A stretch of 64,000 bases of DNA, taken from NCBI RefSeq assembly GCF_009914755.1, contig NC_060933.1, one strand, 5' to 3'. Shown piece by piece: positions 39,101 through 54,245 of the stretch (positions are counted from its first letter, which is position 1; each line of letters opens with the position of its first letter). The notes under the pieces were generated by a model. The model searched no databases, was not told the origin of the DNA, and saw only the letters and a list, made by a program, of their open reading frames with translations. Source of the stretch: the human T2T-CHM13v2.0 reference genome, Homo sapiens. The position numbers were made by a program, and so were the translations under genes.

Positions 39101-40427
39101 CCAAAAGGGGCTCTTATGAAGAACAAAAGGCACTCTTATCTCTCAGGAAAACCCAAGGGTTTTAGGAGCTTGTGCCAGGAGTTAGCGACAAAAACCAAAT
39201 GCACTTCTTATTAGACCACAAGGTCACATGGTCACACGAAACCGAAGAGACTTATTGAGTGAGTGTGAGTGTTGTGTGCGGGCATAAAAATCATACTTGA
39301 GAGTGCCCACTGGGGCCAGCCAGCTGCCCCCACATGCATTATTTTGCTAGAGCCTCATGAAGGCCCTACATTTTGAAGATGAGCAAACGAAGCCTTGGAA
39401 AGGTAAAATGACTTGTCTTAGGTCACATAACTAGAAGGTAGCCCAGGTAGTATTGAAACCAGCATTTGCTGACCTTAAAAACCAGGTATCTCCAGCTTTT
39501 TTGTGTAAATCTGCACAAGACCTCTTATGGGAAGGGGCATTTGCAGGAAGCAAGATGGGGAAGGAAAGCAATAGGCCTTTTCCTTTCTAAGCCTTAAGCT
39601 GCTGGTTTGAATGACAGTGGAATTAAAGAAAAGCTGTGGCAGAGAATCTTTCTGAGCTAAAGGAAAAAGGGGTGATTATTCAGAATCTTTAAGGGAGAGG
39701 CAGACTGATTTCTCTGGCCTTTATCTGAACCTTTCTGGGAACTAAAAAGTTAATTCTGGTTCCCCCTAAGGGCTCCCAATTGTCTGGCACTTGGGTCTAT
39801 GGCCTAAGGGGAGAGTGTGTGTGGGTGCAATGAGTATTGCGCTGGCCAGTCTCATCTGCGCTCAGTCTGCTTCCCATCCTGGGCTGGCCTCTAGGGCTTC
39901 CACCAGGGGACCACAGGGGGCTTCATGCTACAGACCAGTCTGGGACAGACAGGATAGGGTGGCAACCTCGCAGCAGTAGCCTCGGGTCCCTTTACCCCAC
40001 CCTTTTTCTCTTCCCTGTTGGAAAGAGAAGTTGGTTGAACAAATAAGCAAGACCAAGACATAACAATGCAGTAACTACTTAAAAACAAAAGGATAACAAT
40101 GCAGCAATTATATGACAGGAAAACCAGGAACAAAAGTAAAAGCTAACAGTTAATAAAATAACAATTGATGCAAGAATAACTGTAACCGTAAATGTCATGG
40201 ATTCACAATTTTATTGATTGAGCATTGTGTGCTAGTCACTATGCTAAGGATTTCATAAGAATTATGTCCTTTAGTCCACTCAACAACCCATGAGGTGGAT
40301 ACTGTTATTATTCCCACTTTACACATGAGAAATAAAGACACAGAGAAATTGTCACTTCTCAAAAGTCACATAGTACAGGAGGGAGCCAGAATTCAGATGC
40401 AGGTAAGTTGACTCGAAAGCCTACTCC

Positions 40428-40752
<325 letters not shown>

Positions 40753-42142
40753 GAAAACCTACTCTCTTAACTACACTTTGCTACCAACTGAAAACCATAT
40801 TTATAATGCCTGGTAACCAAACATCGTCCTTACCCATGTAGCAGTAGAAGCTTTATGATTTTTCTAAGAGTTGCATGGCAGCCACACTTCTCAGAATGCT
40901 GAGTTAGTGTGTTTCATAAACTCTAGTGATCTGCTAATTTAAATTTGTGAGTACTAAGCTTTAGTCACCCTCAGCAACTCATTCAGTGAATTATTTTTAA
41001 GGAGCTCTATCACACAGGTAAATATTGGAAGTCTCTGAAATTGAGCAACGTTCTGAGGGTCAAAATGGCTTGCATTTTGGCATTTTGAGCAGTCAAGGAA
41101 GTCCTAGGAGCCCCAGACCATACTTTGAGAAATCTTGATATATAGGACCTAGTCAGAATTGCCGGACAGATAATTTCTTCTGGTAGTCTCTCCAGTGAGA
41201 TCCCTTGGGATATGGTAGATGCAACTCTCCAGAAGTTTTACTTCCACTTAGAAGTCTGTAAGAATTTGCTCAGCTTATAAAAATAAGACAGTGCAACCAA
41301 GTTGCTGGCTGCAGTGGTCAGAGGGTCCAGCCAATCTCCCTGTAATCTCTAATTCAGGACCAGGTCTTGTAAATCAGTTAGGATTACCCCTTGCAGCCTG
41401 GAATCTTCTGAATTTGCATGCCTGGAAAAGGACTGAGGACAATGTCTTACCAATAACTTAATCATATTTCCCCCAAAGCCTGGAGAGACCCTCGTGACAC
41501 ACAATATTTAAATATAGATAGTTTCAGGCTCTTGTTAGGAGAGGGATTCAGTGATTAAAGAAAATAGGAATTTTATTCAGATTCAACAGTTCCCATTTGT
41601 AATTATCCTCTCGAAGTCCCTTTGTAATTCTTTTTTAAAAAGGATCATCTGTGTTAGCACATTTAATCTAAAATTTTTAATTAGATGATGGTTTGCTCAT
41701 ATTAGAGATGAATAAGTTTCCTATGTAACCCTCAAAAAAGATTGTTTTGTGCTTGATACACTGATGGAGAGAACACTCAAAAAAGCAAGGGAGGAAGGTG
41801 TGATTGCACAGACATTGCCAGATAATAATGTAATTTCATATCCATGATTTAAACCCCTCCAGCTTCATGTTACAGGCAAACACCAAGCTGACCACTTTGC
41901 ATTTTTCCATCTACCCCTAGCTAGCCTGTTCATTGATACATTAAATGCCTACAATGTGCCAGGCAACTAATAGGAGCTGGGTTGTGGTGGAGCAAAAATA
42001 GCATGTCTCATAGTTTTTATGAGCTTACAGTTTTGTGGCAAGGCAGACATTAATTGAACAATCACACAAGTGAGTGTTTACTTTCTAACTAAAATCAACA
42101 CTTGGAAGCAGAGTAACAAGAGAGAGTGTGGCAAAGCAGTAT

Positions 42143-42678
42143 TTGAAGATAATTCTGTATGGGCCTTTCTTGTTTCTGCATGTCTTTTGTCAGCTTGTTA
42201 TGGACTATCTTTTCAAGAATATTTGTACAGCAAATAGCCTTAGAAGATAGAGATAGTATCTCCCTCCAGGGCAGAGGGCAGCTTTGTTTTCTGACAAGTA
42301 TAACAAGATAATGTCTCTCTCTGGGGTGAAGATTGGGCAGGTTTGCTAGCAGCCTCTTTATAAGATTGAAGGTTTCCTAAGATCAGGGTTCCTTAGCTGT
42401 AATAAAAACCCACTGCATGTGTAATAACCATCTAGGCATGTGTAGTATCCATCTGGGATGGTCCATATCTCCTCATGGGACTTGTGGCTTTGTGGGGAGG
42501 AGGGCAGGGGAAATGATGCAGATACAAAGCCTATGCTGCTTGCTGTGCTGTGAGTAATAAAATCTTTTGTCTCCGATCCAGGAATCTTATGTCTTCTGCC
42601 AGCATCCATCAATGGTGGCAGGCTAACTTGTTAGCTCACAAGTAGGGTAAAATCCCAGATCTTTCACAATTCTTGACA
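42143..42678 (+). mobile_element. ERVL-type solo LTR (MER77/MER68-like)
   Basis: TG...CA ends; aataaaatcttttgtctccgatccaggaatc; ends ttcacaattcttgaca. Confidence 0.6.
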
Positions 42679-43699
42679 CAGCTGGGTACAGAGTATGTAG
42701 AAGACAGAAAGCACAGGTGCTAGACTGCTATCTATTGTTGTTTATACTAAGCTAAGAGATGGGAGCAGATCTCACCTCACCAGCCTTCGTCAGGAAGGGA
42801 ACAAGTTCTTAGGGGCCAATGAGAGAGTTATTCACCAACAAAAGATACAGGGTCTGGGACGGCTCCCTAACTTCTGAACTCAGGGCCTGGCCACACCCAA
42901 ACTGCCAGTTTCTGTTTTTGGTAAAATGTGAAGCTATTTGTCTCTTGCTCTTCCTGCAGGCTGGGTAGGACCATGTGACACCATCCTAACTTAATAGCTA
43001 TATAAGGTAGTGAGGGAATAAGGTTGTGGGGGAAGGGAAGACTGGCTGAGTCAGGTATTAGGGTTGGGTCTTTGCTTGATTTTCTCACCTTGGCAATCCC
43101 TGAATGCCCCTTTTTGCAGTAGTTTTTCTTATCTTTTTAAAATGACAGTTTCACAAGATAATTATGTATTTCAAAAATAGGTCATGTTAGCAGACAGAAG
43201 TGAAGGAACCTAGAATGATCATGGGTATGCAAAACTCCTCTTAGCCTCCCTCCTCACACGTGGTCACTCTTCAGAAGCCAAAGCAGGCACTCAGAGCTGG
43301 AGCTGGCCCCTTCCTTCTCAAACCCCAAGCTCTTGGGATACCTCAAACCTGTACCCCAACTATGGCACAGACAGAATACATGACTGTCCTATTTGAAGAA
43401 AGACATTTGGGAAAAATAAATATCTTTGATTATAAAAAACAGAGACCATCCCCTCTGAAGGATGTGCAGTAAAATAATAGAGTTTCTGAAATTGTATGGA
43501 AACATTCTTTGAGCAAAATTCTCTTCTGAGGAGAAGACGAAGAAGACAATGAAACACATACCTCCAAAGATAGAAGCTAGGGGTGGAGACAGTATCCTGA
43601 AGTTGTGGCATCATTGGGCCTCTCTGATGGGTCCTGGCCTTCATCTATGAGTGAGGGGTCAGAGAGAGGATTAATGATACTGCGTAGAAAAAAAATCGA

Positions 43700-45590
43700 T
43701 AATATTGTAATTATGACTGTACTTCCATATAGTCCTGGAGTTTGAACTTACGTCACCTGCAGTCTGAGAAACCTGTAATCCAAGAAATTAATTAGAAATG
43801 TTTTCCAGTTGGCAACTGCTTCCAAGCACCCAGCAGAAATCAAGACAAATCGTCTCAATCCAAGCCTTTTGGGATTCCCAAAGTTAAATGGTAATGGTAA
43901 GCTCAGAATAACATCAAGAAAACTTGAGGAATCAGACACATGAGCAAGAGTCAACACTAACCGCAAATTGCAGAAAAACATAGGCAAAGACTGCAGAAAG
44001 AAAATTACAAGCTATGTGTACAAAAAAAATGTGTGTTTTAAATGTTCAAAAAGTAAGGGATTGAATGTATACACAAAAGAACACAGTATCCAAAAAGACT
44101 AGGTATTTCCACTTCCAAAAAGATGGCATATAAGTACTTTTCCTTAATTCTCCTGCTAAGTACAGCTTAAAACTCTGGACATTATATGTAAACCAAACAT
44201 AAGAAGACCCTGAAAGGTGGACAGAAAAAGTCAGATGGACTAAGGACCTTGGGACTTGAGGAATAATATGGCATGAGGACAGCATCAGCAGAGGCTTAAT
44301 AGGGAGCCAGAACTCCCACCCTTGCACAGCAGTCATGAGGGATCTTCCCACCCACTGACTATTAACAGAGGCTGAGTGGAATCTGACCTTTCACCCAGTC
44401 AGGCTGCAATGTGGTGCCCTTTTCCTCAACCTGCCTGAGCAGTGTTAGAGAAGGCCTGCCAAAACAGGAGATTTAATTAAGATCTGGTCTCAACTTATCC
44501 CAAGAACTTGATAGGAGAAAAGCCAATCAACAGATGCCAATGCCAATATGACCCAGATGTTAAAATTACCTGAGAGGCCGGGCCTGCGGTGCTTATGCCT
44601 GTAATCCCAGTGCTTTGGAAGTCTGAGGTGGGAGGATTGCTTGAGGCCAGGAGTTTGCGAGCAGCTTGGGCAACATAGTAAGAATCTATCTTCACAGAAA
44701 ATTTAAAAATTAGCCAGGTGTGGTGACATGCACCTATAGTCCTAGCTACTTGACAGGCTGGGACAGGAGGATTGCTTGAACCCAGGAGTTGGAGGCTGCA
44801 GTGAGTTATAATCATGCCACTGCCCTACAGCCTGGGTGACAGAGCAAGACTCCAGCTCTAAAAAAATACAATAAAATAATCTGAGAATGATTTTAAGGTA
44901 GCCGTCATAAAAATGCTTCAACAAGCGATTATAAACATGCTTGAAACAAATAAAATGGAAAGTCTCACCAAAAAAAGAGAAAATCACAGTACAATAAAAA
45001 TAGAAGATATAAAAAAAGAATCAAATGGAAATTTTAAAACCAAAAAATACAATAACAAAACTCTCCATGGATAGGCTTAACATCAGAATCCAGGGAATAA
45101 AAGAAAGAATAAATGAACTTGAAGATAGAAAAACAGAAATTTTGAACACAGAGAAAATAGCCTGAAACAAAACAAAAAAGGGACAGTGCCTTAATGACCC
45201 ATGGAACTATAACAAAAGAATGTTAATTAACATTCTTTAACATTCTTTAACATAACATTCTTCAACATTCTTTAACATAAATGAATGTTAATTCATGTCA
45301 TCAAGTCTGGGAAGGAAAAGAGAATAAAGGCAAGAAGCTGAAAGGTATTCAAAGAAATAATGGCTGAAAACGTCCCAAATTTGACACACAACATAAAGCC
45401 GCAGATTAAAGAAGATGAGTAAACCCAAAACAGGATAAATTGGAGATCTATGCCAAGACACAGAATAAGCAAACTTCTGAAAACTAAAGGCAAAGTCCTA
45501 AAAGCAATGAGAGAGTTTTACTGAAAGGGGGAAACAATGGGAAAGATAGTGACTTTCTCATGGGAAATCATGAAGGCCAGGAGAAGCAGT
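43700..45590 (+). mobile_element. Old L1M 5'/ORF1-region relics
   Basis: A-rich ORF1-like sequence (gaataaatgaacttgaagataga, gaaataatggctgaaaacgtcccaaatttg). Confidence 0.7.
44576..44872 (+). mobile_element. AluJ
   Basis: Full Alu; TSD aaaattacctgaga/aaaataatctgaga. Confidence 0.93.
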
Positions 45591-46035
45591 GTCTTAAGGT
45601 CACATGCTGAATTAGTTTGTTCTTTCGAACAGTAATCTGCTCTTTAGGCAGCTTTACTCCAGATCGACACCCCATGGGAACCTCAGAACTTACCCTCAGG
45701 TGGTGGTGTCTAGCATTTGCTATGTTTGTTTTTGCCTTTAAGGAATTACGATTCTTTGATCTAGAGAAATAAAAATGATTAGAAGTTCTATTATTAGGAG
45801 ACAGCTATTCATTAGCCCCTCAACTGCAAATTATCCTGCATTCTGAGAACTTCCGAGAAGCCTCCAGAACACATTACAGCAGCACAAAAAAAGCTAAGCC
45901 AGCTGCCTTTTGGGTGTATTTCATTCTGGGCCCAATATTATTTCCTTCAGCTCACACTCTCCTTGCTCTTCCCTTTCAAACAGTTCTTAGTTTTCTGAAG
46001 GCCATACCCCTTCCTTCTCACACTTCTTTCTTTTC

Positions 46036-46212
<177 letters not shown>

Positions 46213-46326
46213 TAAAAATTTTTTTAACACACACATATCTCCAAAAGATTTTTTTACAAAAGGAATGGATTTTGGGAAGAGACAAACATGGGCCAAGGGA
46301 GAAGTATGAAATAGAAAATGAATATA

Positions 46327-46796
46327 TGGCTGACCCTTGAACACCACAGGCTTTAACTGCTTAGGGCAATAAAAGTGACACCAAGTGTGCCTGCCTCCCC
46401 TTTCACCTCCTCCGTCTCCTCTGCCTCCTCTGCCTCTGGCACCCCTGAGACAACAAGACCAACCCCTCCTCTTCTTCCTCCTCCTCGGCCTACTCACTGT
46501 GAAGAAAATGAGGGTAAAGACATTTATGATGACCACTTCCACTTAATGCATAGTAAATATATTTTCTCCTCCTTATGATTTTCTTAATTTTTTCTCTAGC
46601 TTACTTTGTTGTAAGAATACAGTATATAATACATTAACATATAAAATATGTGTTTATTGATTGTCAGCTGGTAAGGCTTCCAGTCAATAGTAGGCTATTA
46701 GCAGTTAAGTTTTGGGGGAGTTGAAAGTTATATGTGGATTTTTGACTGTGTATGGCATCAGCACTCCTAATCCCTGCATTGTTCAAGGGTCAACTG
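46327..46796. mobile_element. Tigger2(a)-like mariner/pogo relic
   Basis: TIRs tggctgacccttgaaca / tgttcaagggtcaactg, TA on both flanks. Confidence 0.85.
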
Positions 46797-47061
46797 TAGA
46801 TGTAAGGTAGTTTGTTAATTGTTTTATCACTCAAACTAGTACAGAGAATGTCCTGTACAACACAGTGCAATAAAGATTTAAAAATGGAGGTATTTCCTTT
46901 GAAAGACTGAAGATTTCGGTCTCTGCTATTTGGGACTGAGGCTGCAGTCCTTGATTTTGGATGGATCATTGGTAGTGTGGCATCCAATTTGCTGTTGCTG
47001 TGGCTTTTTCTAAGAACAAGTGAAAAGCCCTCAGGGTCCAGTCATGGGGGAAGTCACATGA

Positions 47062-47417
<356 letters not shown>

Positions 47418-47879
47418 TTCTCTTCCCTTCTGAGGAGACTGCTCAGCAGGCCCATTTTTCTGATGTGCCTGGAGAAAGTTTGCTCTGGTTTCTAAAGCTT
47501 AGTTATAGAACTTTATAGTCATAATGCCTGTTCATGGCCTCTCTCCTCTTGGTAGTAGGATCCGTAAGTTTCTTTCTTATAGGGTAGAGCAGACATTTGG
47601 TCTTTGCCAGGAAGAACCTGAGTGTGGTAGCAAGACCTTTCTAGAGAGAACTTGGGGCAGGATGATAAAGAAAACTAAACTGAAATTAATCCATAGTGTC
47701 TGTAGCTGAAAGCTACTTCTAGGACCTTTTGGTTAAGTCCTTCTGGTATAAAAAGCATTGGACAGTTGGGGTCCTGGATTCAAGTCTCATAGCCTATGAA
47801 ACTTTGGGAAAATCCCTTTAACTTCTCTGTGATTCAGTTTCAAAATCTATGAAGTGACCCTCTCAACAGGGGTGGATGC

Positions 47880-48285
47880 AATGAGCTGAAATGTACAATA
47901 TTAGACACCCAACAGTAGACAGCCCCAAGTTGTTATGGCAGTGCCTCAAGGGAGTCTTGAAGGACTTGGACTCCCTGCCTTTCTGCTCTGTCTTCTTGGC
48001 ATTTGGTTGCTATTTCCAACATCATCTCATGGCCTCAGATGGCTGCTGGAACTCCACTCCTCTTCTCTGACATTTTGATGTTATGAAAGAGGGAAGAACA
48101 AAAAGGTCATATCTCACTACAGAGTCAGCTTTCCTTAAGCATATTAGCTACAAGGGAGGCTGGGAAATGTAGTCTTTGGGTTAGGACCATGGCTGCATCC
48201 AATGGTGCAGGTGTTCTGTTGTTGAGGAATGGCAGCATGGTGGGGAGGAGATGGTACTGGGTAGACGAGCAGCAGTTCCAAAGGC
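47880..48285 (-). mobile_element. MLT1-type LTR relic
   Basis: agatggctgctggaactcca...tagctacaagggaggctgggaaatgtagtcttt. Confidence 0.55.
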
Positions 48286-50485
48286 AACAGTTGCCCTGGA
48301 TGGGGATAGGAAACAGTCATCAGGGATGAGGTGGAGGGGGAGGAAAGTTGTCCAAGAGAAGGAGAGTTTTCTTCTATAGACATTTGGTATTTTGATTTTC
48401 ATTCTGTCAGTTAAGCATGAGCTTATTTTGACCCACAGAAGGGATTTTTTGAGGCTCTGTTTGGCTCAGTGTGGAGATAGGAGGTTTATATGGAAAACAA
48501 ACAACTCAGCCAGCAGCTGGGCACACACAATAAATTACTGCCAGGTTGTGGGAAACAGCAAAGTTTCTCTGAGCAGTAATTCTCATCTCTCTTCCTCTTT
48601 GATGAACACAAGGCCACAAAAAGTCCTTCACAATGACAGTTGTTTTAGCATCAGGGTTCTTAGTGGCTGACTTACAGAGAATTTCAGAATAGGATGTTAT
48701 TTGCCATTTTTCTTATCTGGAAGATGAAACTGGGACAAGATAGTGACATTTTAGGTGGGAAGTTTCAACTATAAGGATTCAAGATCTTTTCCGCTTCCTT
48801 TTCTTTTGTCCTTTATACCCAATCAATCAATAACTTTGGCAATTTTTTTTTCCTTTAAGTATCTCCTACTTTTATCTTTTCCTCTCTGGTCACATTGCTC
48901 ATGGGTCTGGATTACTGCCCCATCTGCCTCCCAACTAATCTCCCACACTCACCTTCTCATCCTAACTAGGCTACCCATGTTGCAGAGCAGTAGCTCTTCA
49001 TTAAATCTATTTCTCATTCTGTTTTCTATCTGCTCAAAACCCTTCTACTACCTCCTCTTTTTTACATGAAGTTATCCATTTCTTCATGGGCATAAAAGTG
49101 AGAATTGTTGGGGGCTAAAGGAACAGATTACTCAGGCATTGGAGGTTAGATTCCTCTGTAAGATAGCATGCCTAGGCTTTATTTTCTATGTTGATAAAAC
49201 ACGGTTTTATCAACATAAAACATTTGCCGCAAGATAAAATAATTTCCTGTTTTGTCTTTCTATCGCTTGTTTTGTGTATTTCATACAGTCCTATAATTTT
49301 TCTGATGTGTCTGTGGTGGATGTGTTGCTTCCTGACAGTTGGGTAAGCATCTATTTCTACTCCCTATACTATATTCATTCCCTCATTCATTTACTTATTA
49401 ATTATTCTAACAACGATTTTTTGAGGATTTTCTTCTCACCAAACATTACAGTAGCTGCTGAATTTATATTTGTATTGCAGTTGCAGGGTCATTACTCAAA
49501 ATGATGTGGATTTCTCTCACCTCTTCATTTCACTTATAAAAATTGTATCATCTTTCAAGTCCCGATTCTATGTCAAATGTTACCAAGAAGTAATCGCCCC
49601 ACTCCTCTAGCATTCATGGATTGATTCTGAATGTCTATAGGAATGCGATGCAGCTATGTTAGTCAAAGCTCTTTGACTGTCAGTGACGGAAACCCAACTC
49701 AGATTTTGCAGATCCTCACAGCCAAATTGCAGGAGGGACAGTTGCTTACATTTTGGGTTATTTGGAAGATGGAAGTTGAGGGCTCTCAGGGCTCTTTCCT
49801 CTCTCTCTGTTTTCCTCTCTTTCCATTTCTTTGTTTCCCTTGGCCCTGCTTGTTGCCTTCCTTCACCCCTGGAGGACACTGATGGGCCGTAAGGTATAGT
49901 TGGAATGTGATCTATACAACCTTTGGGCTTATATCCTATAGCTTTGTAATCATAGAGGATTTGTAATCATAAAGGATCGCAGGAGAGGATTCGAGCTGAC
50001 CCGGCTAGAATCCCAAAGCCACCTCTCTGTGGCCTGTGGCTATAAGAAAGGGATGGCACACTGGATTGGCAGAAACAGTAGCTACTACAAAGTCTGCCCT
50101 AAAAGAATTGACCTGCTCTTGTTTTGGGAAAGATAAAAAATTTTGCCTTGGCCAGTCATGATCCTTCTGTGTTCACTGTAGGCTGTGATTCAATGGGCAA
50201 TCTCTGAGGACAGCAATCACATCTTGTATTCTGTTAGATCAGGTCTAGTCCTAATTAACATGAGGAAGGGTGAGGGTAGGGCTCATTAGACACCCATTTT
50301 GAGGAAAGAGACAGATCATGAAGACCACTGGGGCATCTTTCATGTGACAGTCCCAGAGCTTTTGAGAGGCCAAGGTACAAGGTCTTCCAACACTTTCGAG
50401 AGCAGCATGTACCTGAGGCACATGGAAATTGCTGCCTGTCCACTCTGAGTTAAGTTGCTGTTGGTAAACTTGTATTCTAATCCGC

Positions 50486-50839
50486 TGTATTAGTCCATTT
50501 TCACACTGCTATAAAGATACTATCTAAGACTGGGTAATTTATAAAGAAAGGAAGTTTAATTGACTCACAGTGCTGCATGGCTGTGGGGGCCTCAGGAAAC
50601 TCACAATCATGGTGGAAAGGGAAGCAGGCACCTTCTTTACAAGGTGGCAGGAGAGAGTGAAAGCGAGTACAGGAAAAACTGCCACTTTTAAAACCATCAG
50701 ATCTCATGAGAGTCACTCCCTATCATGAGAACAGGATGGGGGAAACGGCCTCCATAATCCAATCACTTCCCTCCCTCCACGCGTGGGGATTACAATTCGA
50801 GATGAGATTTGGGCGGGGACACAGAGCCAAACAATATCA
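50486..50839 (-). mobile_element. MST/THE1 solo LTR (ERVL-MaLR)
   Basis: tgtattagtccattttcacactgctataaag...gagccaaacaatatca; TSD tccgc/tcctc. Confidence 0.92.
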
Positions 50840-52312
50840 TCCTCCCAGCTCTGACCTGCAGCCTGAGCTGGGGATGTGGCACACTGAACCCAGACTGATA
50901 GTGGTTGTTATATCCCAGTGTTTCTGCCCTGAGGGCTAGGTGAGGAGACTGTTTACTCAGTGTCCCTCGTGGGGGCTTCCTTCTGGTTACAGTCACCCAA
51001 AGGCCAGTATGTGTTAGGACAGTTCACAGAGCTGGTCACCAGGGCTGGTCAAGGCAGACCAGGAGGACAATCTGGGATGAGCCTCACGTTCAGAATTTTG
51101 ATGTTGAGACGGTGGATATAGTGGTTATGTATGAGGTCAGAATACTGAATTCAAATCTTGTTTCTATAGCTTATGAGCTTTGAGATCTCTGATAAATTAC
51201 TTTGTGTCTCTTAGTTTCAGAAGTAAATCAGGGATAATCAGGCATGCTGTTAAACTGTAATAATCTTCACAGATACCCAGTTAGACCAATCACAGTGGAC
51301 TTGGGTGCTGGTCCTGGGGCAAGGAGCCAGGGGCCCTCTCTAGTTCTTTAGTTGATGAACATGGAGAGATGCAGAGGGTCCTAAGGGAAGTGCCCGGATG
51401 ACTGCAGTGGCTGAGTTTTGACCACAGGGAGCTTGAGTTTTGATTTTTTCCCACCTGTAAATATTTCAATATTTTAAACCACTGCTATACGTGTAGGACT
51501 GGCCAAACATTACCCTGGGGATAGTAACTGTACTTCACAGGCCTTTTGTCAGGGCTATCAGTTAATGCGCAAGCCATGCATTGCTCAACCCCAGCAGTGT
51601 CATTTACTTCTGAGCCATGTAGAAGTGTGGAGTTACAATGACAATTTTCCAGCAGACAGTAGTAAAGTGTCTCAAGGAAAGAGTGTACTCTAATTTGCAG
51701 TATATTGCCATATGGATTAGTGGAGGGTCTGGCTGCTGTGAAGATTAAATGAGATAACCCATCCCAAGTGCTTAGAACAATGCAGGAGGGTAGTAAGACC
51801 TCAGTGTAAGTTAGTTATGACTCTCTATAAATGAAGTAATGTTGACTCATCAACAGCATGCTAAGAAGTAATTATTCATCATTAAACTTCAAACTTGTTA
51901 TACCACGCTGCATGCTGTGTAAAATATATTCACTTTAAAAAATTAGTTCTGCCTTTTTCTTTTTCCCCCAACATGCAAAATTTCAAACATTCAGAAAAAT
52001 GGAAAGAATTATGCATTGAACATCCACATATCCATGGTCTAGATTTTAAAATTAACATTTTTTTCTGTATTTGCTTTGTCACACATCTCTGCGTCTACCT
52101 ATCCCTTTGTTTAGCCATCAATTTATTTTTAAGTGAATTTCAAAGTTTGTTGAAGGTATCAGTATACTTAATTATTGAACTTCAGCATACATATTATATT
52201 TAATATTGAACTTCAGCATACATATCATTAACTAGAGTTCAATATTTGTATGTATTTTTTAAGGTAAAGTTTACATGTAGTGAAATGTACAAAGTTTAAG
52301 TGTATCACTTGA

Positions 52313-52656
<344 letters not shown>

Positions 52657-52676
52657 CTATCAAGATATAGAACATT

Positions 52677-52957
52677 GGCCGGGTGTGGTGGCTCATGCGT
52701 GTAATCCCAGCATTTTGGGAGGCCTAGGTGGGTGGATAACCTGAGGTCAGGAGTTCAAGAGCAGCCTGGCCAACATGGTGAAACCCCATCTCTACTAAAA
52801 ATACAAAAATTAGCCAGGGGTGGTGGCAGACACCTGTAGTCCCAGCTACTTGGGAGGCTGAGGCAGGAGAATGGCATGAACCTGGGAGACCAAGCTTGTA
52901 GTGAGCCAGATCGCGCCTCTGCACTCCAGCCCTGGTGACAGAGCCAAGGTTCCATCT

Positions 52958-52987
<30 letters not shown>
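52677..52987 (+). mobile_element. Chimeric Alu (S-type left arm, Y-type right arm)
   Basis: Right arm has Y diagnostics (tgtagtccc, gaatggcatgaacc, agcttg); own TSD aagatatagaacat at 52662-52675 and 52988-53001. Confidence 0.93.
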
Positions 52988-52991
<4 letters not shown>

Positions 52992-53969
52992 TATAGAACA
53001 TCATCATGGCCTAGAAAGTTCCCTTAGGCCACCATGTAGTCAGTGACCACTGCCACAACTCCTAGGCAACCACTCTTCTGATTTTTTTCACTCTATATTA
53101 CTTTTTCCTGTGCTAAAACTTTATATGAATGGACTGTTACAGTACTTGTTCTTTTATGTAAGACTTCTTTCACTCAACATAATATTTTTGAGATATATCC
53201 ACATCATTGAGTGTATTAGTAGGTCTATTCCTTTCAATTGATGAGTGGTATTACACTGTATGAGTATAACACGGTTTCTTTAGCTATTCTCCTGCTAATG
53301 GACACCTGCAATGTTTCCCATTTAGGTCTATTATGAATAAAACTGCTGTCATCATTCTAGTACAGGTCTTTTTGTGGACATATGTTTTCATTTTGGGGGA
53401 TAAATATGTAGGAGTAAAATTAGTAGAGTGGGTATATGTTTCATTTTATTAAAAACTGTGAGACCTTTCCCCAAAGTGATCATATCATTTTATGTTCTCA
53501 CCAACAAGGTATGAGTGTTACAGTTGTTCTGCATCCTTTTCACTATTTGATATTATCACTCTTTTTCATTTTAACTGCTCTATGGGAGTATACTGGAATT
53601 GTGTTTTTAATTTGTATTTCTCTAATGACTAGTTACTTGAGCACTTTTCATGTGCTATTGGCCATTCATATATATCTATTTCCAAATTGTCTGTTCAAAT
53701 CTTCCCCATTTAAAAAACCTTTTTATTTTGAATTAATTTTAAGCTTACAAAAAAAGTTTCAAAAATGATGCAAAGTTTCTGTATATGCCTCATCTGGTTT
53801 CTTCTAATGTTAACATCACATATAGCCATAGTACAATAGTCAAAACAGGGACATTAACACTGGCACAATACTATTCACTAAATTAGACTTGATTCAAATG
53901 CACCAGTTTCCCATAGTTTTGGTGTTCCAAGATTCTATCTAGGATCTCATATTGCATTTAAATTAAAAA

Positions 53970-54245
53970 TTTTTTTTTTTTTTTTTTTTGAGACAGAATC
54001 TCACTCTGTCACCTCGGCTCACTGCAACCTCCCCCTCTGGGGTTCAAGTGATTCTTGTGCTTCAGCCTCCCAAGTAGCTGGGATTACAGGCGCGCACCAT
54101 GATGCCTGGCTAATTTTTGTATTTTTAGAAGAGATGGGATTCCACTATGTTGGCCAGGCTGTTTTTGAATTTCTGACCTCAAGTGATCGGCCTGCTGTGG
54201 TCTCCCAAGGTGCTGAGATTACAGGCGTGAGCCGCTGTGCCCAGC
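53970..54245 (-). mobile_element. AluS with short deletion
   Basis: Antisense Alu; TSD-like ctcatattgcatttaa/ctcatactgaatttaa. Confidence 0.92.

Larger units (their letters stand above)
37880..39220. mobile_element. MER21-like LTR, split by a nested LTR and an Alu fragment
   Basis: tacctggagttagtgtcaggtcccaca...gaagg|gctcagtcccacaagactgcc...ctagaatggcttacagaactcaggaaa. Confidence 0.75.
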
